NCBI GenBank assembly: GCA_017631855.1
Contig: JAGBSP010000020.1
Coordinates: 7,754 to 71,753, forward strand
DNA length: 64,000 bases
Reading direction: 5' to 3'
Source of the DNA: Clostridia bacterium
GTDB lineage: Bacteria > Bacillota > Clostridia > Oscillospirales > CAG-272
Shown: positions 48,048 through 62,854 of the stretch, piece after piece
Position numbering within the stretch: the first letter of the stretch is position 1
Layout: each line of letters begins with the position of its first letter
Notes under the pieces: generated by a model
The model's input: only the letters and a program-made list of their open reading frames with translations
The model's database searches: none
What the model was told of the DNA's origin: nothing
Translations under genes and position numbers: made by a program

Positions 48048-49427
48048 TTATTTAACATTTGAGAAAAAATCTGTTTCCTTGACGATTTGGATATTGCAAC
48101 CTTTTTCATTATACTCAATTGCTTTTTTTACTTTTGTGCCGTATGTTCCGTTAGAATACGCTTGACTTCCGCAACTTCCAATAATTAAGTAATCCGTTAT
48201 CTTTTTAACATTGGAATCAACAATTCCGCCCCGCGCGGCAATATATTTTTCTACAGCTGATTTTTGGCCTTTATAAGCAAAATCACCACTCAAACAAATA
48301 TGTTTTCCTTCGACAGTGTATATTTCCGCTTTCAGAGATTCAACAGGATGGAGCATATCTTCAATAACGGAAGTTAAATACTCAGCTTCTTCTTTGGTGA
48401 GAATAGCGTCTTCAAGTACTTTATCTACAGTTTCAATTGCTTTGTTAAACGGAAAATGGTCAGACAAGTAAATATTATCGTAGAGCCATTGGCGAAGATT
48501 TTTACATTCATCATCGGAGATTTCGCCATCAATGGTAATACCTTTTAAAATTCCGTCAAGGATTTGTGTCGCTAATGTAACAGGAGAAGTTGACATCGCA
48601 TCGAGGTATTCTTTCATACATCTTTGAAGCTGGGCAATTTCGTCCAAAGTGATAATATTATCATCTAAAATGGCGTTAATAACTTCGATGATATCAGCAA
48701 CTTCTTTATGATTAGAATACTGAATATTGCTATCTCTCCATGCGGAGATATAATCCATTTCATCTTGATTGATAACATTATCTATGGAAAAACCTCTAAC
48801 AACGCCGTAGAATTCGCTGATTGATTTTCTAAGTACAGCGGCATCTATGTAAGAGGTGTGAACGGATGTGTTGTTAGGATAATATTTTTTTACGCAGTTA
48901 TCGACGTCTATGTCATAAGTTTCCACAAGAGTATTGAATAGGTCGGAGCAGGCACACGCATCGTCAAAAGCATTATGTTCTGAATCAATATCAATTTCGA
49001 AATATTCGCAAAGAGCAGCTAAACTGTAATTGGAAATAGCGTATGAGGGGACAAATTTTTTCGCCAATTCATAAGTACAGATGTAGTAAAACTCAGGAAT
49101 ATCCAAATTGTATCTGCGTAAGTTCTTAACTACTGCATCTAAATCCGAAGAAGCAACATTGTGACCAATCACAACGGCATTAGTAAAATATTTTTCAATG
49201 TCTTTCCAAATCTTAGGAAACGAAGGCTCATTCGCAACCTGTGAAGCTGTAATACCATGCACACGCACACAGTTTGAATCAAAACCGTCTTCAGGATTAA
49301 CGTAAATATCTAATTCAGGATAATATGGTTCGTGATCATTATAGTTTTCACAAACAATACCCATCTGACATATTGCTTTGTTTTTTGAATTGGCGTATTC
49401 AACATCAAAATATGTTATTTTTTCCAT
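48048..49427 (-). CDS. DEDDh 3'-5' exonuclease, two helical (TerB-like) repeats and a BRCT domain in one protein
   Basis: FDVE, GHN...D, EHNAFDDA; repeats DNVINQDE...W and DGEISDDE...WL; ICLSG.F...GG......DYLIIG...YGTKVKKA; AT-rich. Confidence 0.78.
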   Translation of the reverse strand: MEKITYFDVEYANSKNKAICQMGIVCENYNDHEPYYPELDIYVNPEDGFDSNCVRVHGITASQVANEPSFPKIWKDIEKYFTNAVVIGHNVASSDLDAVVKNLRRYNLDIPEFYYICTYELAKKFVPSYAISNYSLAALCEYFEIDIDSEHNAFDDACACSDLFNTLVETYDIDVDNCVKKYYPNNTSVHTSYIDAAVLRKSISEFYGVVRGFSIDNVINQDEMDYISAWRDSNIQYSNHKEVADIIEVINAILDDNIITLDEIAQLQRCMKEYLDAMSTSPVTLATQILDGILKGITIDGEISDDECKNLRQWLYDNIYLSDHFPFNKAIETVDKVLEDAILTKEEAEYLTSVIEDMLHPVESLKAEIYTVEGKHICLSGDFAYKGQKSAVEKYIAARGGIVDSNVKKITDYLIIGSCGSQAYSNGTYGTKVKKAIEYNEKGCNIQIVKETDFFSNVK

Positions 49428-49499
49428 AACAAACTCCTATAAATGGATTGGTAATATTATTATAGCACAAAATAGTAAAAACTGCAATCCTTTTTTAGA

Positions 49500-49735
49500 A
49501 CAAGGTAGAGAGGGGTACTCGCCTACGCGAGAATTTTTCGCCGAGCCGCTTGACGAGAGAGGGATTCGTTCTTGATTTTTGCTCAACGTTTTGGATTTTG
49601 TCTTTTGTAACGTTTCGCAAAAATCTTCGGTCACCATTCGCAAAACAACTCACCGGGTTGTTTTGCTCATTGCGTTCGAATCCCCGTTTGGATTCTCCGC
49701 AAACAAAAATCCACCCGATTGGGTGGATTTTTGTT
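49500..49735 (-). repeat. tRNA-tail element: hairpin, inverted copy and degenerate direct copies of the tRNA-Ser 3' end
   Basis: Minus strand: AAACAAAAATCCACCC..GGGTGGATTTTTGTTT, then GCGGAGA...GGGGATTCGAAC (inverted), later CGAATCCCTCTCTC and CGAGTACCCCTCTCTACC (direct). Confidence 0.7.
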
Positions 49736-49791
49736 TGGCGGAGAGGGGGGGATTCGAACCCCCGTGCGCTTTCGCGCAAACTGATTTCGAG
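49736..49791 (-). mobile_element. att site: 3' half of tRNA-Ser(CGA)
   Basis: CTCGAAATCAG-long variable arm-GGGGGTTCGAATCCCCCCTCTCCGCCA; the 5' side forms no D-arm or proper anticodon stem. Confidence 0.8.
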
Positions 49792-49904
49792 CCATCGGGG
49801 ATGAATACCACCTCGTCCCTCTACGTACCTTCTTCTACCAAGATTTTGCCCAAATTCGCCCCATTTTCAAGATCTTCTATCAAAATCGCCGCAAAAATGA
49901 TAGA

Positions 49905-49940
49905 AAAGTGATAGAAAACGAGGTTTGGTCGTCACTGAAA
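49905..49940 (+). repeat. 36-bp direct repeat, copy 1 (copy 2 at 51673-51708)
   Basis: AAAGTGATAGAAAACGAGGTTTGGTCGTCACTGAAA versus AAAGTAATAGAAAACAAGGTTTTGTCGTCACTAAAA (4 mismatches). Confidence 0.85.
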
Positions 49941-50132
49941 TAGCCATTTTATTTATCAAATTTTGTACTTATACTTGCCTAAAAAGCAAAGATATGCTAT
50001 AATGTATGCGAAAAGCATACACAAAATGCACATCAAAACGATGTATGCTTTCTGTGTATGCAAATTGAAGACTATTATTAAATTTTGATTTGTGATATAA
50101 TAGCACCAACAAATAACGGAGGTTTTCAAAGT

Positions 50133-51386
50133 ATGTTTAAGCATGAAAATAATCAAAAAATAGGGGCATATCTTTCTGACCTAATTGAGAAAAAATATCC
50201 TTCAAAAAGGCAATTCTGCAAAGCGTATATTAACGCTGTTGGCGGGGATGTAAAAAACAATGATGAAATACGTAATATGGCAAATCGCATTTCACAAATC
50301 ACTAAGGGCGCAAAGGCAATACAAACCTATGATCTTCCAATATTTACAGATTTACTTGGCGTTTCGTGTGAGCAGATTTTGAGTGCTGGAGAATATAGTG
50401 TTCCACAAGCAAAGCGTGTAACGAATTACGCCATAGCCTTTTCCAAGGATCCTGCCGAGTGGGAAGCTTTTATCAATCGTGAGGATAAACTCATACTTAA
50501 CCAAGATGAGTATTGTAAAACAATCCTTGATTATGCTTTGGAATTTCGCAATTACGAGCTTTTAAAGTATTTAATGGATAAAGAATATATTTGGTTTGAT
50601 AGCAGAAAAGATAATGATTATGTTTGTAATTTCGGTGCGGGAACATCAATTCAGCGCAGAGATATTAGTTTCCAAGATTACGGACTTAAAGCAAAGTTAA
50701 ACGAAGAAGATAATTTACGCTTGGATTTGATTGCTCTTGCTGCAGATCATAACGACCTACAAATGATGGAAGCCTTAAGAGCACGTGAAACTACCGGTAT
50801 GTACTATTTCATTCATTATTTGGATTTCCACAGGACTGATTTTTATGAATCATATAACGAGAGAATGGTTCGTCATATTTCAAAGTCAAGTAATGAAGTA
50901 CTCGATTATTTTACCGATCAATTTGAAATTAGAGACAGAGTCAGATACAAAGACGGAAGAGACAGCAAACATACATTTGTGTATCCGTTTATTACAGAAT
51001 TGTTGGATTTTATTATAGATGAAAAGTCTCAATTTACAGAAACCGCTATTAAAAAGCTCATCAAACACAATAAGGCCACATACGACAAGCTCACTCTTTT
51101 AATCAAAAAATTAAAAGACGATGAATGGTATTCCGCGGAGCATATGAAAAAATATTGGTTGATTCATTGCAAAGAGGATTTGCGATTTTCTGAAGAGGAT
51201 AATATTGTTAGTTTTTGCGGTCATTATACATCTACTGAATTCAAGTCAGTTCCATACGGACTTATTACCAACATTGCCCACACCACAAAAACCTCAAAAG
51301 ATCCAATCATTAAACATTTGATTGAAGAATTAAATGAATCTTACGATAAAATCAAAAATTTGAAAGATCACTTGGAGGAACTTTAA
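50133..51386 (+). CDS. Hypothetical protein: N-terminal XRE-like HTH, ankyrin-like segment, unknown C-terminus
   Basis: RISQITKG...DLP...LLGVSCEQIL; DEYCKTILDYALEFRNYELLKYL; RBS GGAGG. Confidence 0.6.
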   Translation: MFKHENNQKIGAYLSDLIEKKYPSKRQFCKAYINAVGGDVKNNDEIRNMANRISQITKGAKAIQTYDLPIFTDLLGVSCEQILSAGEYSVPQAKRVTNYAIAFSKDPAEWEAFINREDKLILNQDEYCKTILDYALEFRNYELLKYLMDKEYIWFDSRKDNDYVCNFGAGTSIQRRDISFQDYGLKAKLNEEDNLRLDLIALAADHNDLQMMEALRARETTGMYYFIHYLDFHRTDFYESYNERMVRHISKSSNEVLDYFTDQFEIRDRVRYKDGRDSKHTFVYPFITELLDFIIDEKSQFTETAIKKLIKHNKATYDKLTLLIKKLKDDEWYSAEHMKKYWLIHCKEDLRFSEEDNIVSFCGHYTSTEFKSVPYGLITNIAHTTKTSKDPIIKHLIEELNESYDKIKNLKDHLEEL

Positions 51387-51388
51387 TT

Positions 51389-51568
51389 ATGGCTAAATGG
51401 TGCTACAATTACGATTCAGGTGAATACGAATACATAGAGAAAGATGGATTTAGTATTGATCGCGGCGAATATGTCTATAATTGGGATGATCGCGAATATC
51501 GTAGCGAGCGCGAAGAGGAAGAAGAGGAAGAAAGACGCCGTCGTGAAGGCGAAGAGGACGATTGGTAA
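51389..51568 (+). CDS. Unannotated 59-aa aromatic/acidic protein MAKWCYNYDSGEYEYIEKDG...EEEEEEERRRREGEEDDW
   Basis: RBS GGAGG inside the upstream gene's 3' end; ATG 2 nt after its stop; hairpin follows. Confidence 0.7.
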   Translation: MAKWCYNYDSGEYEYIEKDGFSIDRGEYVYNWDDREYRSEREEEEEEERRRREGEEDDW

Positions 51569-51672
51569 ATAACTTTGCCGACGAGGTATCGTGAGATTCC
51601 TCGTCGGCTATTCTTTTTCACAAAAAAGCTGGACTTTTCCGTCCTTCTGTGATGAGCTCTCATTTTTTCGGG

Positions 51673-51708
51673 AAAGTAATAGAAAACAAGGTTTTGTCGT
51701 CACTAAAA
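51673..51708 (+). repeat. 36-bp direct repeat, copy 2
   Basis: See 49905-49940. Confidence 0.85.
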
Positions 51709-51778
51709 CACATTGAATTTTTTGAATAAATATGATATAATATCCTTACATACTTTGACAACCGTGAGGGATTTAGCA

Positions 51779-52432
51779 ATGAACAATGTAACAATACGTT
51801 TAGAAACAGAAAAAGATTATAGAGCAGTTGAGGAGCTTACACGCGAGGCGTTTTGGAATGTTTACGTTCCCGGCGCGAGTGAGCATTATTACGTTCACAT
51901 GATGCGTAATCACCCCGACTTTATCCCCGAACTTGCATTCGTGCTTGAGCTTGACGGCAAGATTATCGGAAACATTATGTATACAAAGGCATGGCTTGAG
52001 GACGAGAACGGTGAGCGCAAGGAGATCCTTTCCTTCGGACCGCTTTGCGTCGCACCCGAATATCAGAGACAGCGACTCGGCAAGCTACTGATCGAACATT
52101 CCTTTGAAGTCGCACGAAAGATGGGATACGACGTAAACATCAATTTTGGTAACCCTGGAAACTACGTAAGCCGCGGATTTGTGAGCTGCAAGAAAAAGAA
52201 CGTAAGCTTTGTTGTGGACGGTAACTACCCAACGGCACTCCTCGTTTGCGAACTTGTGCCGAACGTACTTGACGGCAAAAAGTGGATGTACATCGCCTCC
52301 ACCGCCGCAGACTGCTGCGACGATGAAGCCGCAGTAGCTGCGTTTGATGCAACCTTTCCGCCAAAGGAAAAGAAATGGATGCCCAACCAAGAGGAGTTCT
52401 ATATTTACAGACATTCCTCGGTGGTAAGATAA
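51779..52432 (+). CDS. GNAT N-acetyltransferase (YhbS-like)
   Basis: LTREAFWN, EHY, GPLCVAPEYQRQRLGKLLI, G.P..Y...GF. Confidence 0.88.
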   Translation: MNNVTIRLETEKDYRAVEELTREAFWNVYVPGASEHYYVHMMRNHPDFIPELAFVLELDGKIIGNIMYTKAWLEDENGERKEILSFGPLCVAPEYQRQRLGKLLIEHSFEVARKMGYDVNINFGNPGNYVSRGFVSCKKKNVSFVVDGNYPTALLVCELVPNVLDGKKWMYIASTAADCCDDEAAVAAFDATFPPKEKKWMPNQEEFYIYRHSSVVR

Positions 52433-52565
52433 AAATAAAAGGCAAAATCATTCGATTTTGCCTTTTGTTTTTCAAAAAGCGCTGGACTTGTGCTGTGCTT
52501 TGTGGTATGTTGTACGTGATCCCGATACGTCCGTTGGCAAATAAACGTATCGAAAGGATCAGAAA

Positions 52566-52820
52566 ATGAATATCAACGAAAAGCGCAAAGCATTCGAAAA
52601 CCTCCTGTTTGGCGCACCCGAGGTTATGACTCCTATGCAGGTGGCAAAGTGGACTCCCTACGGCAGAAACACCGTCTACGCTATGCTGAAGTCAGGCGAG
52701 CTTCCGTCTATACAGTACCGAGGCTCGTACCTTATCAGCAAATCGGATTTGATCGACTATATGGTCGCGCACGCCGATGACACGCCCCGAAAACGATTTG
52801 CAATCAAGGGAGATAAGTGA
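52566..52820 (+). CDS. Excisionase-like HTH (MerR/HTH_17) protein
   Basis: PEVMT..QVA......RNTVY.MLKSGELP......YLISK.DL. Confidence 0.8.
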   Translation: MNINEKRKAFENLLFGAPEVMTPMQVAKWTPYGRNTVYAMLKSGELPSIQYRGSYLISKSDLIDYMVAHADDTPRKRFAIKGDK

Positions 52821-53347
52821 TGTCCACGAAATCTAAGACCGTCACCGCTGAGGAAGCAGCAAAGCTCTTACATATCAGCAAACGCAAATGTGCTTGGATG
52901 CTCCAGAACGGACTCATCCCATGCATCGACACCGGCAAGCAGACAAGACGGTACACCATACTCCGCAAGGACGTTCTCAGGTGCGCAAGAACCATCGATA
53001 GCATTGAGTTTCCGCAGATCTTCACATCGGTCAAAGAAAGCCGAAAAAAGCCCAATTTGAGCGTTGAACAATGCGAGGCATATACGTCCCACCTCCTCAC
53101 CAAATGGCGCACAAAGCCCAACGTGCTGACCGTACGCGCGGTTTCCGACCTCCTCGACTACCACCACGAAACAGTAGGCAGATGGATAGCTCAAGGCCAC
53201 CTCCGAGCCACCACCGCCCATAGCGAAACCGTCATCGCACAACCTTGGCTCGCCGACTTCTGCTGCCACTACGGTTATCGCATTGTAAAGAAAAGTGAGA
53301 AGCATAGAAAACTCGAAGAAAGCTTCTTCAAACCACCAAAAGAATAA
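52817..53347 (+). CDS. Tandem HTH_17 DNA-binding protein
   Basis: VTAEEAAKLLHIS...LQNGLIP and PNVLTV..VS.LL.Y...TV.RWI..G.L; GTGA overlap with the upstream gene. Confidence 0.7.
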   Translation: MMSTKSKTVTAEEAAKLLHISKRKCAWMLQNGLIPCIDTGKQTRRYTILRKDVLRCARTIDSIEFPQIFTSVKESRKKPNLSVEQCEAYTSHLLTKWRTKPNVLTVRAVSDLLDYHHETVGRWIAQGHLRATTAHSETVIAQPWLADFCCHYGYRIVKKSEKHRKLEESFFKPPKE

Positions 53348-53363
53348 CTCAAGCAATAACTCG

Positions 53364-53389
53364 AGCCCAGGCGAAAGTCTGGGCTTTTT
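53364..53389 (+). terminator. Intrinsic terminator
   Basis: AGCCCAGGC-GAAA-GTCTGGGCT followed by TTTT. Confidence 0.75.
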
Positions 53390-53392
53390 GTG

Positions 53393-53461
53393 TTTCCAAA
53401 AGAAATTTTACATTTCCAAAGGAAATATTTCCTTGTAATTTTTTCAAAGGTATGATATAAT
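53393..53461 (+). promoter_or_regulatory. Tandem operators TTTCCAAA(A/G)GAAA and sigma-A promoter
   Basis: Copies at 53393 and 53413; TTGTAA(53433)-17 bp-TATAAT(53456). Confidence 0.65.
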
Positions 53462-53493
53462 AAATTATCTAGATTGATTTTGGAAGGTGTATT

Positions 53494-53706
53494 ATGGCAG
53501 TAAGTTATAATAAGCTTTGGAAAAAGCTCATTGATTTGGAAATGAGCAAGACCGAATTACGCTTGAAAGCGGGATTCTCTACTAAGGCCCTCGCAAAGCT
53601 CGGTAAGAATGAGAACGTTAATACTGAGGTTCTTGCAAAGATTTGTAAAGCACTTGATTGCAATATAGAAGATATTATGGAAATGGTTCCAGACGAGGAG
53701 GCGTAA
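53494..53706 (+). CDS. Cro/C1-type (HTH_26) transcriptional regulator
   Basis: MAVSYNKLWKKLID..M.K..L......LAKLGKNE.V....L.KIC..LDC...DIME. Confidence 0.9.
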   Translation: MAVSYNKLWKKLIDLEMSKTELRLKAGFSTKALAKLGKNENVNTEVLAKICKALDCNIEDIMEMVPDEEA

Positions 53707-53708
53707 CG

Positions 53709-53918
53709 ATGAAGAGAATCAGTATTATTGCTCGTCAAAGAATTATAAATCCTCATACAATGAAAGTTCATAACGACAATGGATTGAAAGCCTTAAACGG
53801 ATATTTCGAAGATATCGTTGTTGTTGATGAACCCTTTAATGAAACCACTTTTATTTTGCAGTACGAAGAAAAGCACCAAGAATTAAAAGGTTGGGATTTT
53901 CAAATCAAAGAAATATAA
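53709..53918 (+). CDS. Hypothetical 69-aa protein
   Basis: RBS GAGGAGG; ATG 2 nt after the HTH gene's stop. Confidence 0.55.
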   Translation: MKRISIIARQRIINPHTMKVHNDNGLKALNGYFEDIVVVDEPFNETTFILQYEEKHQELKGWDFQIKEI

Positions 53919-54023
53919 GAGTAATCATAGATAGTCGAAAAACGAATATAAAATTTTATTCGTCAACTTCTGATAATAGAAAATTATCAGAATCAAATTT
54001 TGACCTCAAGGAGGTATATGAAC

Positions 54024-59795
<5,772 letters not shown>

Positions 59796-59803
<8 letters not shown>

Positions 59804-60395
59804 GGCTCTTTTCTATTGAAGCTATAGCAGCAAAAAGCTTTTCAACATAATTAGCTATTCTCACTTGCTCATCGTATGGCGGAACTGGGAAAAATACTGC
59901 TCTAACTGTATCTGATTTTAGATTCTTTACTGTTGATCCGGCGGCTACTTCGCTGAACGCTTTGTACATAAAGCCAGAGCTAAGTGCATAATAAAGATAA
60001 TCTTGATTAAATACATTTTCAATATCGCCAATTACAAGCCATCCATCGTGTATGCACCCATCGATTTTTAGGATGTATGGGCGACCAAAGCTCATTGAAT
60101 TGGTCAACAGAAAATCTCCGGATTTTACATAGCGTGTTTTAGAAAGTCCTGCAGGAACAATTCTTTCACGCGTTGAGGAAATGTATTTACCACCTTGTTC
60201 CGTATCTCCAATTTTTATCCAGTTGATGCCATCTTCGCTTTCCGTAAGATAGTCTTCTATTGGTCTTGGAGAGCCTCCTCTTGCTATTGTACTGATGTTC
60301 CCAAGCCGTTCCCAATGCCAGTTTTTAGGCAATGAAAAAGGTATCTTTTCATCGATACAAATGTCGATTCCGTCAATCTTCTCATAATAAGAGTT
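59796..60395 (-). other. hsdS: Silent single-TRD hsdS cassette
   Basis: NSYYEKI...PKNWHWERLG...VPPYDEQ...IEKSLS*; begins at the inner IR, with no convincing start codon or RBS. Confidence 0.88.
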
Positions 60396-60465
60396 CTTAA
60401 CACTTCTTTGGTATAATATTAGCACGGGAAACCGAATCTATTTTTTATACCAGGAGGTGTCTATT

Positions 60466-61275
60466 ATGAAGACGCAACAAACCTTTGAGGAGTACCTAAA
60501 GAAGAACAATCTTTCGGGTAACACCCTCGACGCTTATCTTTGGACGGTGGATTTCTACCATACCCATTATGATGGTGTGACCAAAGAAAACCTACTCGCC
60601 TATAAGGGCTATTTAATGGAATTCTTCAAGCCCAAAACGGTCAACCTGCGCATACAGGCAATGAACAAGTATCTAACGTATCTCGGTAAAGAGAAGCTTC
60701 ATTTGAAAGCGGTGAAGATCCAACAGAAAAACTTCCTTGAGAACGTAATCAGCAATGCCGATTATAACTTTCTCAAAAACCAGCTCAAAAAGGACGGAAA
60801 TATGGAATGGTATTTCGTCGTTTGGTATTTGGCTGCGACCGGAGCGCGTGTCAGCGAGCTCATTCAAATCAAAATAGAACATATCGAACTCGGGTAGTTC
60901 GACTTGTACACCAAAGGAGGCAAGCTGAGACGGTTATACATACCTAAAAAGTTGAGAACCGAAACACTTACATGGCTGGAGGAAACGAATCGTTCCTCCG
61001 GTTATTTGTTTTTGAATCGGTACGGGGATCGCATTACAACGAGAGGTATATCGCAACAGCTTAAGAATTATGCTGACAAGTATGGGATTGATAAAAAAGT
61101 GGTTTATCCACACTCATTCCGCCACCGTTATGCAAAGAATTTCCTTGAGAAATTCAATGATATAGCATTGCTCGCTGACCTTATGGGGCACGAAAGCATT
61201 GAGACCACACGTATCTATCTGCGCAGGACGGCAAGTGAGCAACAAGCAATTGTTGATAAAGTTGTAACATGGTAA
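60466..61275 (+). pseudogene. Tyrosine recombinase (hsdS invertase) with in-frame TAG at 60895-60897
   Basis: TGARVSE, KGGK, HSFRH, LMGH, TRIY; both ORF-track pieces share a frame, reading IELG*FDLYTKGG. Confidence 0.88.
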
Positions 61276-61282
61276 CAAAGAT

Positions 61283-61310
61283 AGCCGCCCTCATATGAAG
61301 GCGGCTGTTT
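61283..61310. terminator. Hairpin between the recombinase and the silent hsdS
   Basis: AGCCGCCCTCAT/ATGAAGGCGGCT followed by GTTTT. Confidence 0.6.
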
Positions 61311-62745
61311 TTAGTTTAGGGAGTTTGTAATTGCTTCTAATTGTGCAAAGGATGTTTCGATTGATTCTACAATACGGAATTGCTCTTTGAGTGGTGGAAT
61401 TGGTATGAGAAGTTCTTTACATTTGCTTAAGCTTGTTCTGCTCCTACCTATGCCATGAACAGAGTCTTGTATTTGTTCATTTACGACGGAGCTATTAATC
61501 GCAAACATAAGATACCTATTATAGATTTGCTTATGCACTCGCAATCTAACACAGTCAGAAGAAATAACATAGATTGATTCCACATGAGGAACTATGATAG
61601 CTCTACCTGCCGGCATCATCTTGGCAATAACAATATCTTCTGGATATGTTATACATCGATCCAAAGTTTCTGCGTGTTGGAAGGTTGTATACTTTACTCC
61701 GTTGTTTCTCCATATGAATTCACCTATATTGTTCAATTGAATAATGCGCACTTCTCGATTGTGGGTATAATGTTCAGTCTTTAAATTGCTACCAAATGGC
61801 CCATCAACAAATGAATTCGGAGAAGAATCAGATAACATATTAAGGCGACACCATACCCAGCCTTGTGGCAATTCGCAAGGTATCTCATCTTCGATGCATT
61901 TTACCGTTCCGTCATTGAACTTTTCGTAAATACGATAATAAGAGTTATCCTCACCTTTGAATATGATCGATTCCTTCTTATCGCGCTTAATTTTGCCATG
62001 TCGGATAAGTTCCTCTTTCTCCGCACGGATGCGATCAAGCAATACAGACGCAGGTTCGTCTTCAGGGTTCTGAGAAACGAGCTTGCCACGGATAGCAAGG
62101 TCGAGAATTTTTGCTTTCAAAACAGAAATAGCTGTTTCCAACTCTGTGTATGTATCTGCGATATGTTCCAATAACGGTGTTATTTCCACAACCTTGTCTG
62201 ATATAAGCTTTTGCTCGTTATACGGTGGAATTGGAATAAGAGTTCTTCGAATATGTTCAAGATGCAGATTCTGAACTCCAATGCCTTTTAGTGAGCCCCT
62301 AAATTCATTTTGCACTGTTGAACTTGCGATTGCATTTAGCAAATATTGAGGTAATATTGAAGTGTTGATCGTTCTGAGAACGGCCAGTGTAACATAAATA
62401 TCAAAATCACAATCTCTATCCACAATTGCCGCAACGCCTATAGTGCCGTTCTTTGCTAATAAAATATCGTTCTTTTTAGGAGATATACGGTTAGAAAGCT
62501 CATTATGCAACGATTCTGGAATGTGCATTACATTGTTCCAATCTATTTTCCACGAGGTCACATTTTTTGCAGATAAAAAGATAAAGCCCTCGTCTGTATA
62601 GGTGGGAGTCTGATGTGTTCCATCCGAAATAGGAAAGCAAAAGGATTGCAATCGTCCCCAAGTCCAACCGATAGGCAAGTCGAACGGTATCTCATCCTCG
62701 ATGCATTTTATCGTTCCGTCGGCGAACTTCTCATAATGTAAATTA
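61311..62745 (-). other. hsdS: Silent two-TRD hsdS cassette
   Basis: Starts at the outer IR (NLHYEKFADGTIKCIEDEIPFDLP), lacks the N-terminal conserved region, retains the central conserved region. Confidence 0.88.
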
Positions 62746-62854
62746 CAACAAACTAATCCTTTTCTACATATAGACTTTTTGCATTTATTGTGATATAATT
62801 TAAGAAGATAATATGTATCTTTATATAAAAATTAAGGAGGATAAAAATATTGTT

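Noticed and set aside
49736-49830. Intact tRNA-Ser(CGA)
   Set aside because: A GTAGAGG lies at about the right distance, but there is no U8, no D-stem and a mismatched anticodon stem; treated as an att fragment.
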